A stretch of 64,000 nucleotides of DNA from an uncultured Alphaproteobacteria bacterium (GTDB lineage Bacteria; Pseudomonadota; Alphaproteobacteria; Rhizobiales; Xanthobacteraceae): contig CAWEKJ010000002.1 of assembly GCA_963809675.1 (NCBI GenBank), positions 306 through 64,305 of the forward strand. Reading direction: 5' to 3'. Shown in pieces: positions 23,640 through 34,345 of this stretch. Both the position numbers and the translations under genes were made by a program. Each line of letters opens with the position of its first letter. The stretch's first letter is position 1. The notes beneath the pieces were generated by a model. The model was not told the origin of the DNA and searched no databases. It was given only the letters and a program-made list of their open reading frames with translations.

Positions 23640-24089
23640 CTAGCCTGCCGTCACATTGGCGGCGAAATTCTTGAAAAAGTCGTCAGCGATCTTCTTGGCC
23701 GCGCCATTGACCAGACGCTGGCCGAGCTGGGCGAGCTTGCCGCCGATCTGCGCCTCGACGTTGTAGGTAAGCAGCGTGCCGCCGTCCTTTTCCGTCAGCG
23801 CGACGGTCGCGCCGCCTTTGGCAAAGCCGGCGACGCCGCCGTCGCCCTCGCCGGAAATCTTGTAGCCGTTGGGCGGGTCGAGATCGGTGAGATGAACCTT
23901 GCCTTTGAAGCGCGCCTTCACCGGACCTATTTTGGTGACGGCGACCGCCTGCATTTCGGTATCGGAAATCTTATTGAGCTCCTCGCAGCCGGGGATGCAG
24001 GCTTTCAGCACCTCGGCATCGTTGAGTTTGGCAAACACCACCTCGCGGCTCGCCGGAAGCTGCACCTCGCCCGTCATTACCATCGCCAT
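23640..24089 (-). CDS. coxG: CoxG / SRPBCC protein
   Basis: [28 protein letters not shown]. Confidence 0.9.
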   Translation of the reverse strand: MAMVMTGEVQLPASREVVFAKLNDAEVLKACIPGCEELNKISDTEMQAVAVTKIGPVKARFKGKVHLTDLDPPNGYKISGEGDGGVAGFAKGGATVALTEKDGGTLLTYNVEAQIGGKLAQLGQRLVNGAAKKIADDFFKNFAANVTAG

Positions 24090-24250
24090 CGCGGTCTCCT
24101 CCTCACGCACCGGCCTGCCCGGGCCTTGGGTCAGGACTTAAGCCCTCGCGGCGCCCATGAAAAGAGCTTTGCAGCGGGCGCGGAGCCCTTTAAGGGTGTC
24201 GCCTAACGCCACACGACAACAATCAAAATCCACGCTCAGGGAGGCTTTTC

Positions 24251-25027
24251 ATGCCGATGATCGACGCCGATGGCTGTCCGCTCTATGTCGAGGTCGAGGG
24301 TAGCGATAGCGCACCGGTTCTGATGCTGTCGAATTCGCTCGGCACCAATCTGCATATGTGGGACGACCAGGCGGCCGAATTCGCCAAGCACTTCCGCCTG
24401 GTGCGCTACGACCGCCGCGGCCACGGCAAGTCCGGCACGCCGAAAGGCCCTTACAGCTTCGACCGTTTCGGCCGCGACATTCTCGCGATCATCGACGCGC
24501 TCAAGATCAAAAAGATCAACTGGTGCGGCCTGTCGATGGGCGGCATGGACGGCCAATGGCTCGGCGCCAACGCCGCCGACCGCGTCGAGAAGCTCGTCCT
24601 CGCCAACACCAATTTCTATTACGCCGACAAGGCGCCATGGGCCGACCGCATCAAGTTCGTGCAGGAAAAAGGTCTCGGCGAACTGGTCGGCCCCAATATG
24701 GAGCGCTGGTTCACCAAGGGCTTCCGCGAGCGCGCGCCGCAGGCCATCGCGCGCATGACGGAGATGTTCGTCGCCACCAATCCGGCAGGCTATATCGCCT
24801 GCGTCGAAGCGATCCGCGACATGGACTTCCGCGCCAGCAACCCGCGCATCACAACCCCGACCCTCGTCATTGTCGGCAAGCAGGATCCGGCGACGCCGCC
24901 TTCCGCCGGCGAAGCGATCGCGCAGCAGATCAAGGGCGCCAAGCTGGCGGCGCTCGATGCCGCGCATATTTCCAATGTCGAGCAGCCGAAAGCGTTCACC
25001 GAAGCCGTGCTGAACTTCCTCCGATAG
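24251..25027 (+). CDS. pcaD: 3-oxoadipate enol-lactonase
   Basis: LSNSLGT...MWDDQ, RYDRRGHG, GLSMGG, AAHISNVEQP. Confidence 0.9.
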   Translation: MPMIDADGCPLYVEVEGSDSAPVLMLSNSLGTNLHMWDDQAAEFAKHFRLVRYDRRGHGKSGTPKGPYSFDRFGRDILAIIDALKIKKINWCGLSMGGMDGQWLGANAADRVEKLVLANTNFYYADKAPWADRIKFVQEKGLGELVGPNMERWFTKGFRERAPQAIARMTEMFVATNPAGYIACVEAIRDMDFRASNPRITTPTLVIVGKQDPATPPSAGEAIAQQIKGAKLAALDAAHISNVEQPKAFTEAVLNFLR

Positions 25028-25038
25028 AGGCGAGACCC

Positions 25039-25427
25039 ATGGACGATAAGGAACGCCACGAGCGCGGCATGGCCAAGCGCCGCAAGGTGCTGGGCGCCGA
25101 ATGGGTCGATCGCGCCAACGCCAAGAAGACGCCGTTCAACGAGGAATTTCAGGACCTCATCACCCGCTATGCCTGGGGCGAGGTCTGGACGCGGCCGCAT
25201 TACGACGAGCGCACCCGCCGCGTGCTGGTGCTCGGCACCATGATCGCGCTCGGCCAATGGGACGAATTCCGCCTGCACGTGCGGGCGGCGCTGGCCGAGG
25301 CGGCTTTTCCGAGACCGACATCAAGGAAGTCATCTTGCAGCAGGCGATCTATTGCGGCGTGCCGGCCGCCAATCACGCCTTCAAGGAAGCCGCCGAGGTG
25401 ATGGCGGAAATGGCGAAAGCAAAGTAG
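25039..25427 (+). CDS. pcaC: 4-carboxymuconolactone decarboxylase (frameshift near 25300)
   Basis: RRKVLG, FQDLITRYAWGEVWTRP, IKEVILQQAIYCGVPAANHAF. Confidence 0.88.
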
Positions 25428-25487
25428 CCCGTCCTTGCGGACGAGCTACGACAAACCAAAAATCGAAAGAGTTCGAAGGTGCGCGCC

Positions 25488-26026
25488 GTTAACGGAATGG
25501 CGCGATACCAGGGCGCACGGCGCGGCGTGGCGGCCAGTTCGAGCGACACGGCGGGCTTGCCGTTGTCGCGGCTCATAGCTGCGCTCGACCAGGCAAAGCG
25601 CGGTAGCGATGGCGGCAAGCATCAGTTGGACGGTCCTGTTCGCGCACCAATTCGGCGTTCTGCGACGACACCGCCGGGCCGACCGACACGATGCTGATCA
25701 GCACGACCAGGATCAGGCCGCCTTCGAGAATGTCGGAATCCGCCTTGCCGCCGATGAAGGCGCGGCAGCGGTCGAGAATATGCAGCGCGCAGATGCCGGC
25801 CACCGCCAGCTTGAGCGCACCGAAGAAGGCGGCAAGCTTGAGCAGCCCGATCGGCCCGAGGCCGAGCATGCTGCCGATGACGAAAATGAATTGCGAGCGC
25901 CAGACATCGTCCAGGCCGTAGGTCGGCGAGGTGAGAATGCGCAATCCGTCGACGCCCCCAGAACAGGGTGAAGTAGAGCGCGATCGCCAGGATCACGACC
26001 ACGGCCACGGCGGAGAGCTTACGCAT
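25488..26026 (-). CDS. Hypothetical 4-TM membrane protein (several indels; 3' end approximate)
   Basis: CAGGAGG RBS, MRKLSAVAVVVILAIALYF; hydrophobic pieces in three frames. Confidence 0.55.
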
Positions 26027-26219
26027 GCGTTCCTCCTGAAACAGGACATCAACGCGTAAGCGCTTCAAATGCGAATTTCAAAGGAAACCAAACCTTTACC
26101 TTACTTGTTAGCCGCTTAACCAAGCTGCGGATTGGTTCCCGACGCAGAGCAGACAGAAATCGGGTGGGTTTCACGGACCCCGCGACCTAATTCAGGCATT
26201 CAGGAAAGAAGGAATTGTC

Positions 26220-27641
26220 ATGGCTTTGACTACAACGTGGCTTAACAGCGCGACATCACGGACGCGCCCGCGGTTAGTCCTGATCGCAGCCTCGCTCGGC
26301 GTATTGCTCGCGCAGATCGATACGTCGGTGGTTAATCTCGCGCTGAAAAGCATCGGCGCCGACCTGCACGCCGGCGTCAGCGAAATGCAGTGGGTCATCG
26401 ATTCCTACAATCTCGTTTACGCCGCCCTATTGTTGACCGGCGGAACGCTCGGCGATCTCTATGGCCGCCGCCGTCTGTTTGTTATCGGGATCGCGCTGTT
26501 TGCCGTCGGCACGTTGATCTGCGCGCTGGCGCCGAATGCCGGACTATTGATTTTCGGACGCATTGTCAGCGGGCTCGGCGCGGCCTTCGAGGTGCCGATG
26601 TCGCTGGTGCTGCTTGCGGAAGCCTATCCCGACCGCAAGGAGCGCGCCCATGCCATGGGCATCTGGGCAAGCTGCAACGGACTAGCCTTCATTATCGGGC
26701 CGACACTGGGCGGCTGGTTGGTCGACAGCATCGGCTGGCGCAGCATCTTCTATGTGATCCTGCCGGTTTGCGCGGCCGCCTTGGCGCTGACGTTTTATGC
26801 GGTGCAGGAAAGCGCCGATCCGAAAGGACGCAAGCTCGATCTGCCAGGCCAAGGCTTGGCGATTGCCGGCCTCGGGGCCTTTGCCCTTGCCGCCATTGAA
26901 GGAAGCCACTGGGGATGGCGTTCGCCGTTGCTCCTAGGCGTTGCCGTTATCGCGGTCGTCGCGCTTGCTTTGTTCGTCTGGGTCGAAGCGCGCACAGAGG
27001 GTCCGCTTTTGCCGCTTGCATTCCTGCGCCTTCCGGTTTTTTCGGCGGCCCTGGCCGTTGCCGGTTTCATGACCTTCGGCATGTACGCATTGCTGTTCAT
27101 CATGCCGCTCTATTTTCAGACCGTGCGCGGCGCCACTCCGTTCATGGCAGGGCTCGAACTGCTGCCGATGTCGGTGAGTTTCGTCATCGTCTCGCAATTG
27201 GGCGGTCATCTGAACAACCGGTTCGGGCCACGCGTTGTTATGACGGCCGGGATGGCGTGCATGGGCATAGGCGCGCTGCTGCTGGCCTTCATCGGCGATA
27301 CGACCAACCTGGTTCTGATCGAATTGGCACTGGTCGTCGTCGGCATCGGGCTCGGGCTCAATACCGCGCCGGTCAACGGCGTCGCAGTGGCGGCGCTGCC
27401 GCCGAAGCGTTCGGGCACGGCGTCCGGCGTGGTCAATACCTCGCGCATGGTCGGTGCCACGCTTGGCGTCGCGATCCTGGGCACCGTCTTTGCCGCCTAT
27501 GCCGGGCAAGACGCGGCGATGGGGGCAGGCTTTCTGCCCGGTTTGCATGCGGCCATGAGCGGCAGCGGCACGGTCGAATTGTTCGGCGCGGTTATCGCGT
27601 TTGCGTTTATTCGGAAGAACTCCCTGCAAGCAAAAGCCTGA
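26220..27641 (+). CDS. DHA2 (EmrB/QacA) MFS efflux transporter
   Basis: IDTSVVNLAL, GGTLGDLYGRRR, about 14 TM segments. Confidence 0.9.
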   Translation: MALTTTWLNSATSRTRPRLVLIAASLGVLLAQIDTSVVNLALKSIGADLHAGVSEMQWVIDSYNLVYAALLLTGGTLGDLYGRRRLFVIGIALFAVGTLICALAPNAGLLIFGRIVSGLGAAFEVPMSLVLLAEAYPDRKERAHAMGIWASCNGLAFIIGPTLGGWLVDSIGWRSIFYVILPVCAAALALTFYAVQESADPKGRKLDLPGQGLAIAGLGAFALAAIEGSHWGWRSPLLLGVAVIAVVALALFVWVEARTEGPLLPLAFLRLPVFSAALAVAGFMTFGMYALLFIMPLYFQTVRGATPFMAGLELLPMSVSFVIVSQLGGHLNNRFGPRVVMTAGMACMGIGALLLAFIGDTTNLVLIELALVVVGIGLGLNTAPVNGVAVAALPPKRSGTASGVVNTSRMVGATLGVAILGTVFAAYAGQDAAMGAGFLPGLHAAMSGSGTVELFGAVIAFAFIRKNSLQAKA

Positions 27642-28532
27642 TCAGCCGCCCCGCCCCTCGCGGAAGGCCTGCGGCGTCATGCCGGTCTGCTTGCGGAAAA
27701 ATCGCGTGAAGTGCGAGGGGTCGGAAAACGCCAAATCGTAAGAAATCTCATGGATCGGCTGATTGGTGAAAACCAGTTGGCGCTTGGCTTCGGTGAGTAC
27801 GCGCTGGCGGATCAGATGGCCCGCCGTCACGCCGGTTGCGCGCTTGACATGGTCGTTGAGCCGGTCGGCGGTCATCGCCAGTTTCCCGGCATAAAAACTG
27901 ATCAGCCGTTCTTTGCGGAAATGCTCGTCGAGCAGCCGGCGCAGTTCGTCGACCCGCGCATCGGCGCGCGTCAGCGTGACCGTCCCGCTGCGCGCGCGGC
28001 TGACAGCAAGCCGCACCACCTCGATGGCAATGAGCGCCAGTAGTCCACGCATGGCGAGCCGGTAGCCTTCGCGCGCCAATGACGCTTCTTCATTCAGGTC
28101 CGCGCACAACGCAGCAAGACGCCTGGTTTCGGCCGCGCCCGCCAGCGGCACCAGCGGATCGGCCGCCAGTGCCTTGAGGCGCGCCAATGCTTGGCCGGAT
28201 TGGTCGCCGAGCGCGTCGGTGACGTCCTCGGTGAAACTTACCACCCATCCGTCGGTAACCTGCGGGGTAAAACGAAAACCGTGCGCCGTGGTGGCGGGCA
28301 CCAGGATCGCGGCCGGCGCAGCAAACGGCACCGTCGCGGTCTCGAAGCTCATTTCGCCGCCGCCTTTCTCGATCAGCAGAATCTGAAACAAATTGCGATG
28401 GCGATGCGCGCGGATCGTCCAGTCGTGGATCGATGAGCGCGACGCGATGGTCTCGATATGAATGAAATCGAATGCCGCATCGTCCGGCGGATCGCCGTAG
28501 AGATGAAACAGCGGGAGCGTGGACGCAGCCAT
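27642..28532 (-). CDS. AraC-family regulator, PobR-like
   Basis: FIHIETI...WTIRAHRH cupin domain; C-terminal HTH FSDPSHFTRFF. Confidence 0.85.
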   Translation of the reverse strand: MAASTLPLFHLYGDPPDDAAFDFIHIETIASRSSIHDWTIRAHRHRNLFQILLIEKGGGEMSFETATVPFAAPAAILVPATTAHGFRFTPQVTDGWVVSFTEDVTDALGDQSGQALARLKALAADPLVPLAGAAETRRLAALCADLNEEASLAREGYRLAMRGLLALIAIEVVRLAVSRARSGTVTLTRADARVDELRRLLDEHFRKERLISFYAGKLAMTADRLNDHVKRATGVTAGHLIRQRVLTEAKRQLVFTNQPIHEISYDLAFSDPSHFTRFFRKQTGMTPQAFREGRGG

Positions 28533-28597
28533 GGCGCCTCAGCATAAGCGAGGCGTCTCGCCAGGCCAACGTCGTCGCACGCCGCGCAGCGTCAAAT

Positions 28598-28625
28598 GAA
28601 AAGCCCCGCCTCAGGGACGGGGCTT
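28598..28625 (-). terminator. Rho-independent terminator after the Gln-rich microprotein gene
   Basis: AAGCCCCG...CGGGGCTT stem followed by TTCATTT on the minus strand. Confidence 0.7.
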
Positions 28626-28648
28626 CCATTCGCCGTGTTTGCAGTGGG

Positions 28649-28798
28649 TTAGCGGTTTTGCTGGCCGCCGCCCTGCTGGCCACCCTGCTGCTGCTGACCG
28701 GGCTTCTGCTGTCCGGGTTTCTGCTGGTCGCCACCTTGTTGCTGGCCACCCTGTTGCTGCTGGCCTGGCTTCTGGTCTTGATTTTGATTTTGACTCAT
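28649..28798 (-). CDS. 49-aa Gln/Gly-rich hydrophilic microprotein
   Basis: MSQNQNQDQKPGQQQQGG...; AAGGA RBS; own promoter and terminator. Confidence 0.75.
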   Translation of the reverse strand: MSQNQNQDQKPGQQQQGGQQQGGDQQKPGQQKPGQQQQGGQQGGGQQNR

Positions 28799-28866
28799 CC
28801 TGGATTCCTTCAACATTGTTTGCCTTGGCTCGAAGCCTGGCTTCGAGACTCTCCGGCCATTAAAAT

Positions 28867-28891
28867 AACGTCTCGTGAATTGTTTCGTTCC
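28867..28891 (-). promoter_or_regulatory. EcfG/SigT-type promoter GGAAC-N16-CGTT
   Basis: Exact consensus on the minus strand upstream of the Gln-rich gene. Confidence 0.75.
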
Positions 28892-28900
28892 GTCGCGCGC

Positions 28901-28925
28901 GGAACCATGGGCACCGTCGCGAGTT
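28901..28925 (+). promoter_or_regulatory. EcfG-type promoter GGAAC-N16-AGTT
   Basis: Near-consensus, divergent from the previous promoter, upstream of the 27-aa peptide. Confidence 0.6.
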
Positions 28926-28960
28926 CCCTTCCCAACACAAATGAAGAAAGGCACGCCGCC

Positions 28961-29044
28961 ATGGGACGCTATCTATTGCTTTGGCTGCTGGGAATTCCGC
29001 TTCCGATCCTCGTGCTGATCTGGATTTTCGGCGGACTTCACTAG
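28961..29044 (+). CDS. 27-aa single-TM membrane peptide MGRYLLLWLLGIPLPILVLIWIFGGLH
   Basis: Hydrophobic helix; AAGAAAGG upstream; resembles a small peptide recurrent in Rhizobiales. Confidence 0.7.
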   Translation: MGRYLLLWLLGIPLPILVLIWIFGGLH

Positions 29045-29047
29045 CCT

Positions 29048-29839
29048 TCATTCCGAAATGGCTGTGTCAAAAGACGCACCACCGTTGAATTCGGCAACAT
29101 CGCGGAAAATCGGCAAGCCAATCTTCATGTCACGCTCACCAGCCGCCGGTTCGGCGCGATAGGTGCCGAAGAGGCGATCCCACCACGGCAAATTGAATCC
29201 GAAATTGCTGTCGGTTTCCGCGCGTTCGGCCGAGTGATGCACCTGGTGCATCTGCGGGGTCACCACGATCCAGCGCGCGACCGGCTCGACCCGCGGCGGC
29301 AGCGCCACGTTGCTGTGGTTGAACATCGAGGTGGCGTTCAGCAGCACCTCGAAGATCAGCACGGCAAGCGCCGGCACCCCGAGCACTACCACCGCCGCCA
29401 TCTTGATCGCGAGCGAGAGCAAAATTTCCAACGGATGGAAACGCACGCCGGTGGTCACGTCGATATCGAGGTCGGCGTGATGCATGCGGTGCAGCCGCCA
29501 CAGCACGGGTACGTGATGGAAGACGACGTGCTGAGCGTAGATCACCAGATCGAGCGCGATCACCCCGGCGATGATCGCCGCCCAGCCCGGCAATCCCAGC
29601 AGCGGAAACAGTCCCCAGCCGCGCGCCGCGGCGATCAGTGCAACGCCGACCGCGGCCGTGGGCACCAGAAGTCGCACCGCCACGATGTCGATCGCCAGAA
29701 TCCCGAGATTGCCGGGCCAGCGCGGCCGGCGGCCGGCATTAAGCCTTCGGCGCGGGGCGAGCCACTCCCACAGCACCAGACACGCGAAAACCGCGGCGGC
29801 GCCGCCGGCCCGAACGGCGATTTCGAGGCTGGGGGACAT
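29048..29839 (-). CDS. Sterol desaturase / fatty acid hydroxylase family protein
   Basis: His boxes HVVFHH, HRMHH, HQVHH, NFGFNLPWWDRLFGT. Confidence 0.9.
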   Translation of the reverse strand: MSPSLEIAVRAGGAAAVFACLVLWEWLAPRRRLNAGRRPRWPGNLGILAIDIVAVRLLVPTAAVGVALIAAARGWGLFPLLGLPGWAAIIAGVIALDLVIYAQHVVFHHVPVLWRLHRMHHADLDIDVTTGVRFHPLEILLSLAIKMAAVVVLGVPALAVLIFEVLLNATSMFNHSNVALPPRVEPVARWIVVTPQMHQVHHSAERAETDSNFGFNLPWWDRLFGTYRAEPAAGERDMKIGLPIFRDVAEFNGGASFDTAISE

Positions 29840-29991
29840 AAGTTTTACTTGCACCTCAGGTGTGCTGATCCGACTTAATAACACGTCCGGCGGCCAGCGT
29901 TGCCGCTCACGCTACGCCCTGTTACTCCTTGTACAATCGAAGCAATGGCCGTCGGCCGGGCGGCCGCGCGAAAGGCTCATGAGCACAACGC

Positions 29992-30912
29992 ATGGAATTC
30001 TTCCTCCAGCAGCTCATCAACGGCATCACCCTCGGCTCGATCTACGGCCTGATCGCCATCGGCTACACCATGGTGTTCGGCATCATCGGCATGGTGAACT
30101 TCGCGCATGGCGACGTGTTCATGGTCTCGGCCTTCATCGCGCTGATCGCCTTTTTGATCCTGACCACCTGGCTCGGCATCACCTCGATCGCGCTGGCGCT
30201 GTTCATCGTGCTGATCGTGGCGATGCTGTTCACCTCGCTGGTCAACTGGGCGATCGAGCGCGTCGCCTACCGGCCGCTGCGCGGCTCGTTCCGCCTGGCG
30301 CCGCTGATCTCGGCGATCGGCATGTCGATTTTCCTGTCGAACTTCGTGCAGGTCACCCAAGGTCCGCGCAACAAGCCGATCCCGCCGATGGTGCAGGGTG
30401 AATTCGTGCTGCTGAACCAGCAACGATTTCGCGGTCACGCTGTCGTACAAGCAGCTCATCATCTGGGGCGTCACCGCCGTGCTGCTGGTCGGCGTTCTGG
30501 TATCTGGTGGCCAAGACCAGGCTCGGCCGCGCGCAGCGCGCCTGCGAGCAGGATCAGAAGATGGCGGCGCTGGTCGGCGTCGACGTCGACCGCACCATCT
30601 CGATGACCTTCGTGATCGCCGCCGCGCTCGCCGCCGTCGCCGGCACGCTGTACCTGATGTATTACGGCGTGGTGAGCTTCTCCGACGGCTTCGTGCCCGG
30701 CGTGAAGGCGTTCACCGCCGCGGTGCTGGGCGGCATCGGCTCGCTGCCGGGCGCGGTGATCGGCGGCATGCTTGATCGGCCTGATCGAGACCATGTGGTC
30801 GGCCTATTTTTCCATCGACTACAAGGACGTCGCGGCCTTCTCGGTGCTGGCGATCACGCTGATCTTCCTGCCGCAGGGCCTGTTCGGCCGGCCGGATGTC
30901 GAGAAGGTCTGA
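29992..30912 (+). CDS. livH: Branched-chain amino acid ABC permease LivH (indels near 30420, 30495, 30770)
   Basis: QQLINGITLGSIYGLIAIGYTMV...NFAHGD; KAFTAAVLGGIGS; PQGLFGRPDVEKV. Confidence 0.88.
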
Positions 30913-30913
30913 G

Positions 30914-32286
30914 ATGACCGAGGGCGCGCCAGCACAAGCGCGTCGATATGGCCCGCGCGCTGCGCGATGCCGGCTTCACCGCCCTGCTCGCCTTCGGCCT
31001 GTTCCTGCCGCTGATCGGCTTTCAGACGATCACCGATCATCCGCAACGATCTGATCCTGACCACGCGCTGGCCGATGCTGTTCGCCATCGTCGCCGTGGT
31101 CGGCGCCGGCCGGCTGGCTTTTTCGCTCTGATCGCGCCGTGGCTCGAGCAGCGCACGATGCGACGGGCTTCGGCGGCGCCCTCGCCCTGGCGCGCCGCTC
31201 GTCGGCAAATGGTTCGTCCCCTTCGCGATCGGCTTTGTCGTCGTCTATCCGGCGCTCATCGTCGCCATCAACGGGCTGGGCGGCGCGGTGAAATGGATCG
31301 ACAATTTCGGCATCCAGATTCTGATCTATGTGATGCTCGGCTGGGGCCTCAATATCGTGGTCGGCCTCGCCGGCCTGCTCGACCTCGGCTATGTCGCGTT
31401 CTACGCGGTCGGCGCCTATTCCTACGCGCTGCTCGCCAAGACCTTCGGCCTTTCGTTCTGGCTGCTGCTGCCGCTCGCCGGCATCCTGTCCTCGTTCTGG
31501 GGTATCCTGCTCGGCTTTCCGGTGCTGCGGCTGCGCGGCGACTATCTCGCCATCGTCACGCTGGCATTCGGCGAAATCATTCGCATCGTCATCATCAACT
31601 GGGTCGACCTCACCAACGGCTATGCCGGCATCACCGGCATTCCGCGCCCGACGTTTTTCGGCATCCCATTCAACGCCGACGACAACGGCTTCGCCGCCGT
31701 GTTCGGGCTGGAATTCTCGCCGCTCTACCGGGTGATCTTTCTCTATTACATCATCCTGGCGCTGGCTTTGCTCACCGCCTTCGTCACCGTGCGGCTGCGC
31801 CGCCTGCCGGTCGGCCGCGCCTGGGAAGCGCTGCGCGAGGACGAGATCGCCTGCCGCTCGCTCGGCATCAACACCACCAACACCAAACTCACCGCCTTCG
31901 CGATGGGCGCGATGTTCGCCGGCTTCGCCGGCTCGTTCTTCGCCACGCGGCAAGGCTTCATCTCGCCGGAATCCTTCACCTTCCTGGAATCGGCCACCAT
32001 CCTGTCGATCGTGGTGCTCGGCGGCATGGGCAGTCAGATTGGCGTCGCCATTGCCGCCATCGCCATGATCGGCGGCACCGAGATCATGCGCGAGCTCGAT
32101 TTCCTCAAGCAGATTTTCGGCCCGACCTTCGACCCGACGCAGTACCGCATGTTGCTGTTCGGCTTCGCCATGGTGCTGATCATGATCTGGCGGCCGCGCG
32201 GCCTGATTTCGACGCGCGATCCTTCGGTATTCCTGAAGGAGCGCAAGAGCATCTCCGCCGACTTGATCGGGGAAGGTCACGGCTGA
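30914..32286 (+). CDS. livM: Branched-chain amino acid ABC permease LivM (indels in the 5' part)
   Basis: [44 protein letters not shown]. Confidence 0.88.
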
Positions 32287-33199
32287 TGACGGCCCATTCC
32301 GACACTACGTTGCTCCGCGTCGAGCATCTGACCATGCGCTTCGGCGGCCTGGTCGCGGTCGACGATCTGTCGTTCGAGGCGCGGCAGGGCGACATCACCG
32401 CGCTGATCGGCCCGAACGGCGCCGGCAAGACCACGGTGTTCAATTGCATCACCGGATTTTACAAGCCGAGCGAGGGCCGCCTCGGGCTCCGCCACGGCGA
32501 TGCCTCGGTGTGGAACGGAGCTGGAAACGCTGACCGCTAGCGGCAAGCGCCGCCTGTCGCGCGCCGGACGGCACGCTTTACCAGCTCGAGCGCATGCCGG
32601 AATATCTGGTCACGCAGCAGGCGCGCGTCGCCCGCACGTTCCAGAATATTCGCCTGTTTCCGGGCATGACGGCGCTCGAAAATCTGCTGGTCGCCCAGCA
32701 CAACCGGCTGATGCTGGCCTCCGGCTACACGCTGCTCGGCATTCTTGGTTTCCCCTCCTACGGTGTCGCCGAACGCGCGGCGATCGACAAAGCGCGCGAC
32801 TGGCTCGAGCGCGTCGGACTTTTGGAGCGCGCCGACGATCCGGCCGGCGATCTACCCTATGGCGCGCAACGGCGGCTGGAGATCGCACGCGCCATGTGCA
32901 CCGATCCGCTGCTGCTGTGCCTCGACGAGCCGGCGGCCGGGCTCAATCCGCGCGAAAGCGCCGAACTCAACGCGTTGCTGCGCGCGATCCGCGACAAACA
33001 TGCCATCTCCATTCTGTTGATCGAGCACGACATGTCGGTGGTGATGGAAATTTCCGATCACGTGGTCGTGCTCGACTATGGCGTCAAGATCGCTGACGGC
33101 GCGCCGGACGTGGTGCGCAACGACCAGAAGGTGATCGCCGCTTATCTCGGCGTCGCCGACGAGGACGTCGCGAAAGTCGAAGCCGAGGTCGGGTTATGA
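32286..33199 (+). CDS. livG: LivG ABC ATPase (indels near 32515-32570)
   Basis: [40 protein letters not shown]. Confidence 0.88.
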
Positions 33200-33931
33200 C
33201 CGCCCTTCTCTCCGTGCGCGGCGTGAAGACCTTCTACGGCCGCGTCATGGCGCTCAAGGGCGTCGACCTCGACGTCAACGACGGCGAGATCGTCACGCTG
33301 ATCGGCGCCAATGGCGCCGGCAAATCTACGTTGATGATGACGATCTGCGGCAACCCGCGCGCGCGCGAAGGCGCCATAACATTCGCCGGACGCGACATCA
33401 CGCGCATGCCCACGCACGAGATCGCGCGTCTCAAATTGGCGCAGGCGCCGGAAGGCCGTCGGATTTTTTCACGCATGACGGTGCTGGAAAATCTGCAAAT
33501 GGGCGCGACCACCGCCGAGCCGGCGACGTTCGGCCATGATCTCGAGCGCGTGCTCGCTTTATTCCCGCGGCTCAAGCAGCGCATCGCCCAGCGCGGCGGC
33601 ACGCTGTCGGGCGGCGAGCAACAAATGCTGGCAATTGCGCGCGCGCTGATGGCGCGGCCGCGGCTGCTGCTGCTCGACGAGCCCTCGCTCGGCCTGGCGC
33701 CGCTGATCGTGCGGCAGATTTTCGATGCCATCAAAACGCTCAACAAGCAAGACGGCCTGACCGTGTTCCTGGTCGAGCAGAACGCCTTCCACGCGCTCAA
33801 GCTTGCCCACCGCGGCTATGTCATGGTCAACGGGCTGATCACGCTCAGCGGCACGGGGCGCGAGCTGCTGGCAACGCCCCGAAATCAAATCCGCCTATCT
33901 CGAAGGCGGCCGACAGCAGGTCGAACCATGA
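33196..33931 (+). CDS. livF: LivF ABC ATPase (indel near 33880 fuses it in silico to the next gene)
   Basis: GANGAGKS, LSGGEQQM, LDEPSLG; the true end IKSAYLEGG lies in a shifted frame. Confidence 0.88.
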
Positions 33932-34293
33932 TGAATTTCTCAATCCCCGAGTTTCTCTACGAAGAGGGCTCGTTCGGCGTCTTCGTCCTGGTCACCATCA
34001 TCTTGGGCGGAGGGGCGGCGGGGCTGGCCGGCAGGGCTATCGCGGCCACCTGGCGGCCGTGGGGACAGGCGGTCGCCTACAGCTTCATTTTGGGGGGCGC
34101 GGTGCGCTTCATTCATTTCACCCTGTTCGGCGGCACGTTATTGTCCCTGCACTATTATTTGGTGGACAGCGCGGTTTGCATGGCATTCGCCCTGCTCGGT
34201 TTCCGCGCCGCCCGTGCCACGCAAATGGTCACCCAGTATCGCTGGCTCTATGCGCCAAATGGCACTTTGCGCTGGCGCCAAAAGGCGCCGTGA
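33928..34293 (+). CDS. Small membrane protein of Rhizobiales liv operons (DUF6867-like)
   Basis: GRAIAATWRP, VRFIHF, QMVTQYRWLY. Confidence 0.75.
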   Translation: MMNFSIPEFLYEEGSFGVFVLVTIILGGGAAGLAGRAIAATWRPWGQAVAYSFILGGAVRFIHFTLFGGTLLSLHYYLVDSAVCMAFALLGFRAARATQMVTQYRWLYAPNGTLRWRQKAP

Positions 34294-34345
34294 CGTAGCA
34301 TTGGCTTCAAGATCGATAAACCGGTTTCAATCAAGGGGAACATCG

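Noticed and set aside
28472-29044. 190-aa Leu-rich plus-strand ORF
   Set aside because: The Leu run is the antisense of the Gln-rich microprotein; only the last 27 codons look like a real gene.
33196-34293. Apparent LivF-membrane protein fusion (365 aa ORF)
   Set aside because: The normal LivF ending (IKSAYLEGG) is in a shifted frame after a C-run near 33880, so this is an indel artefact.
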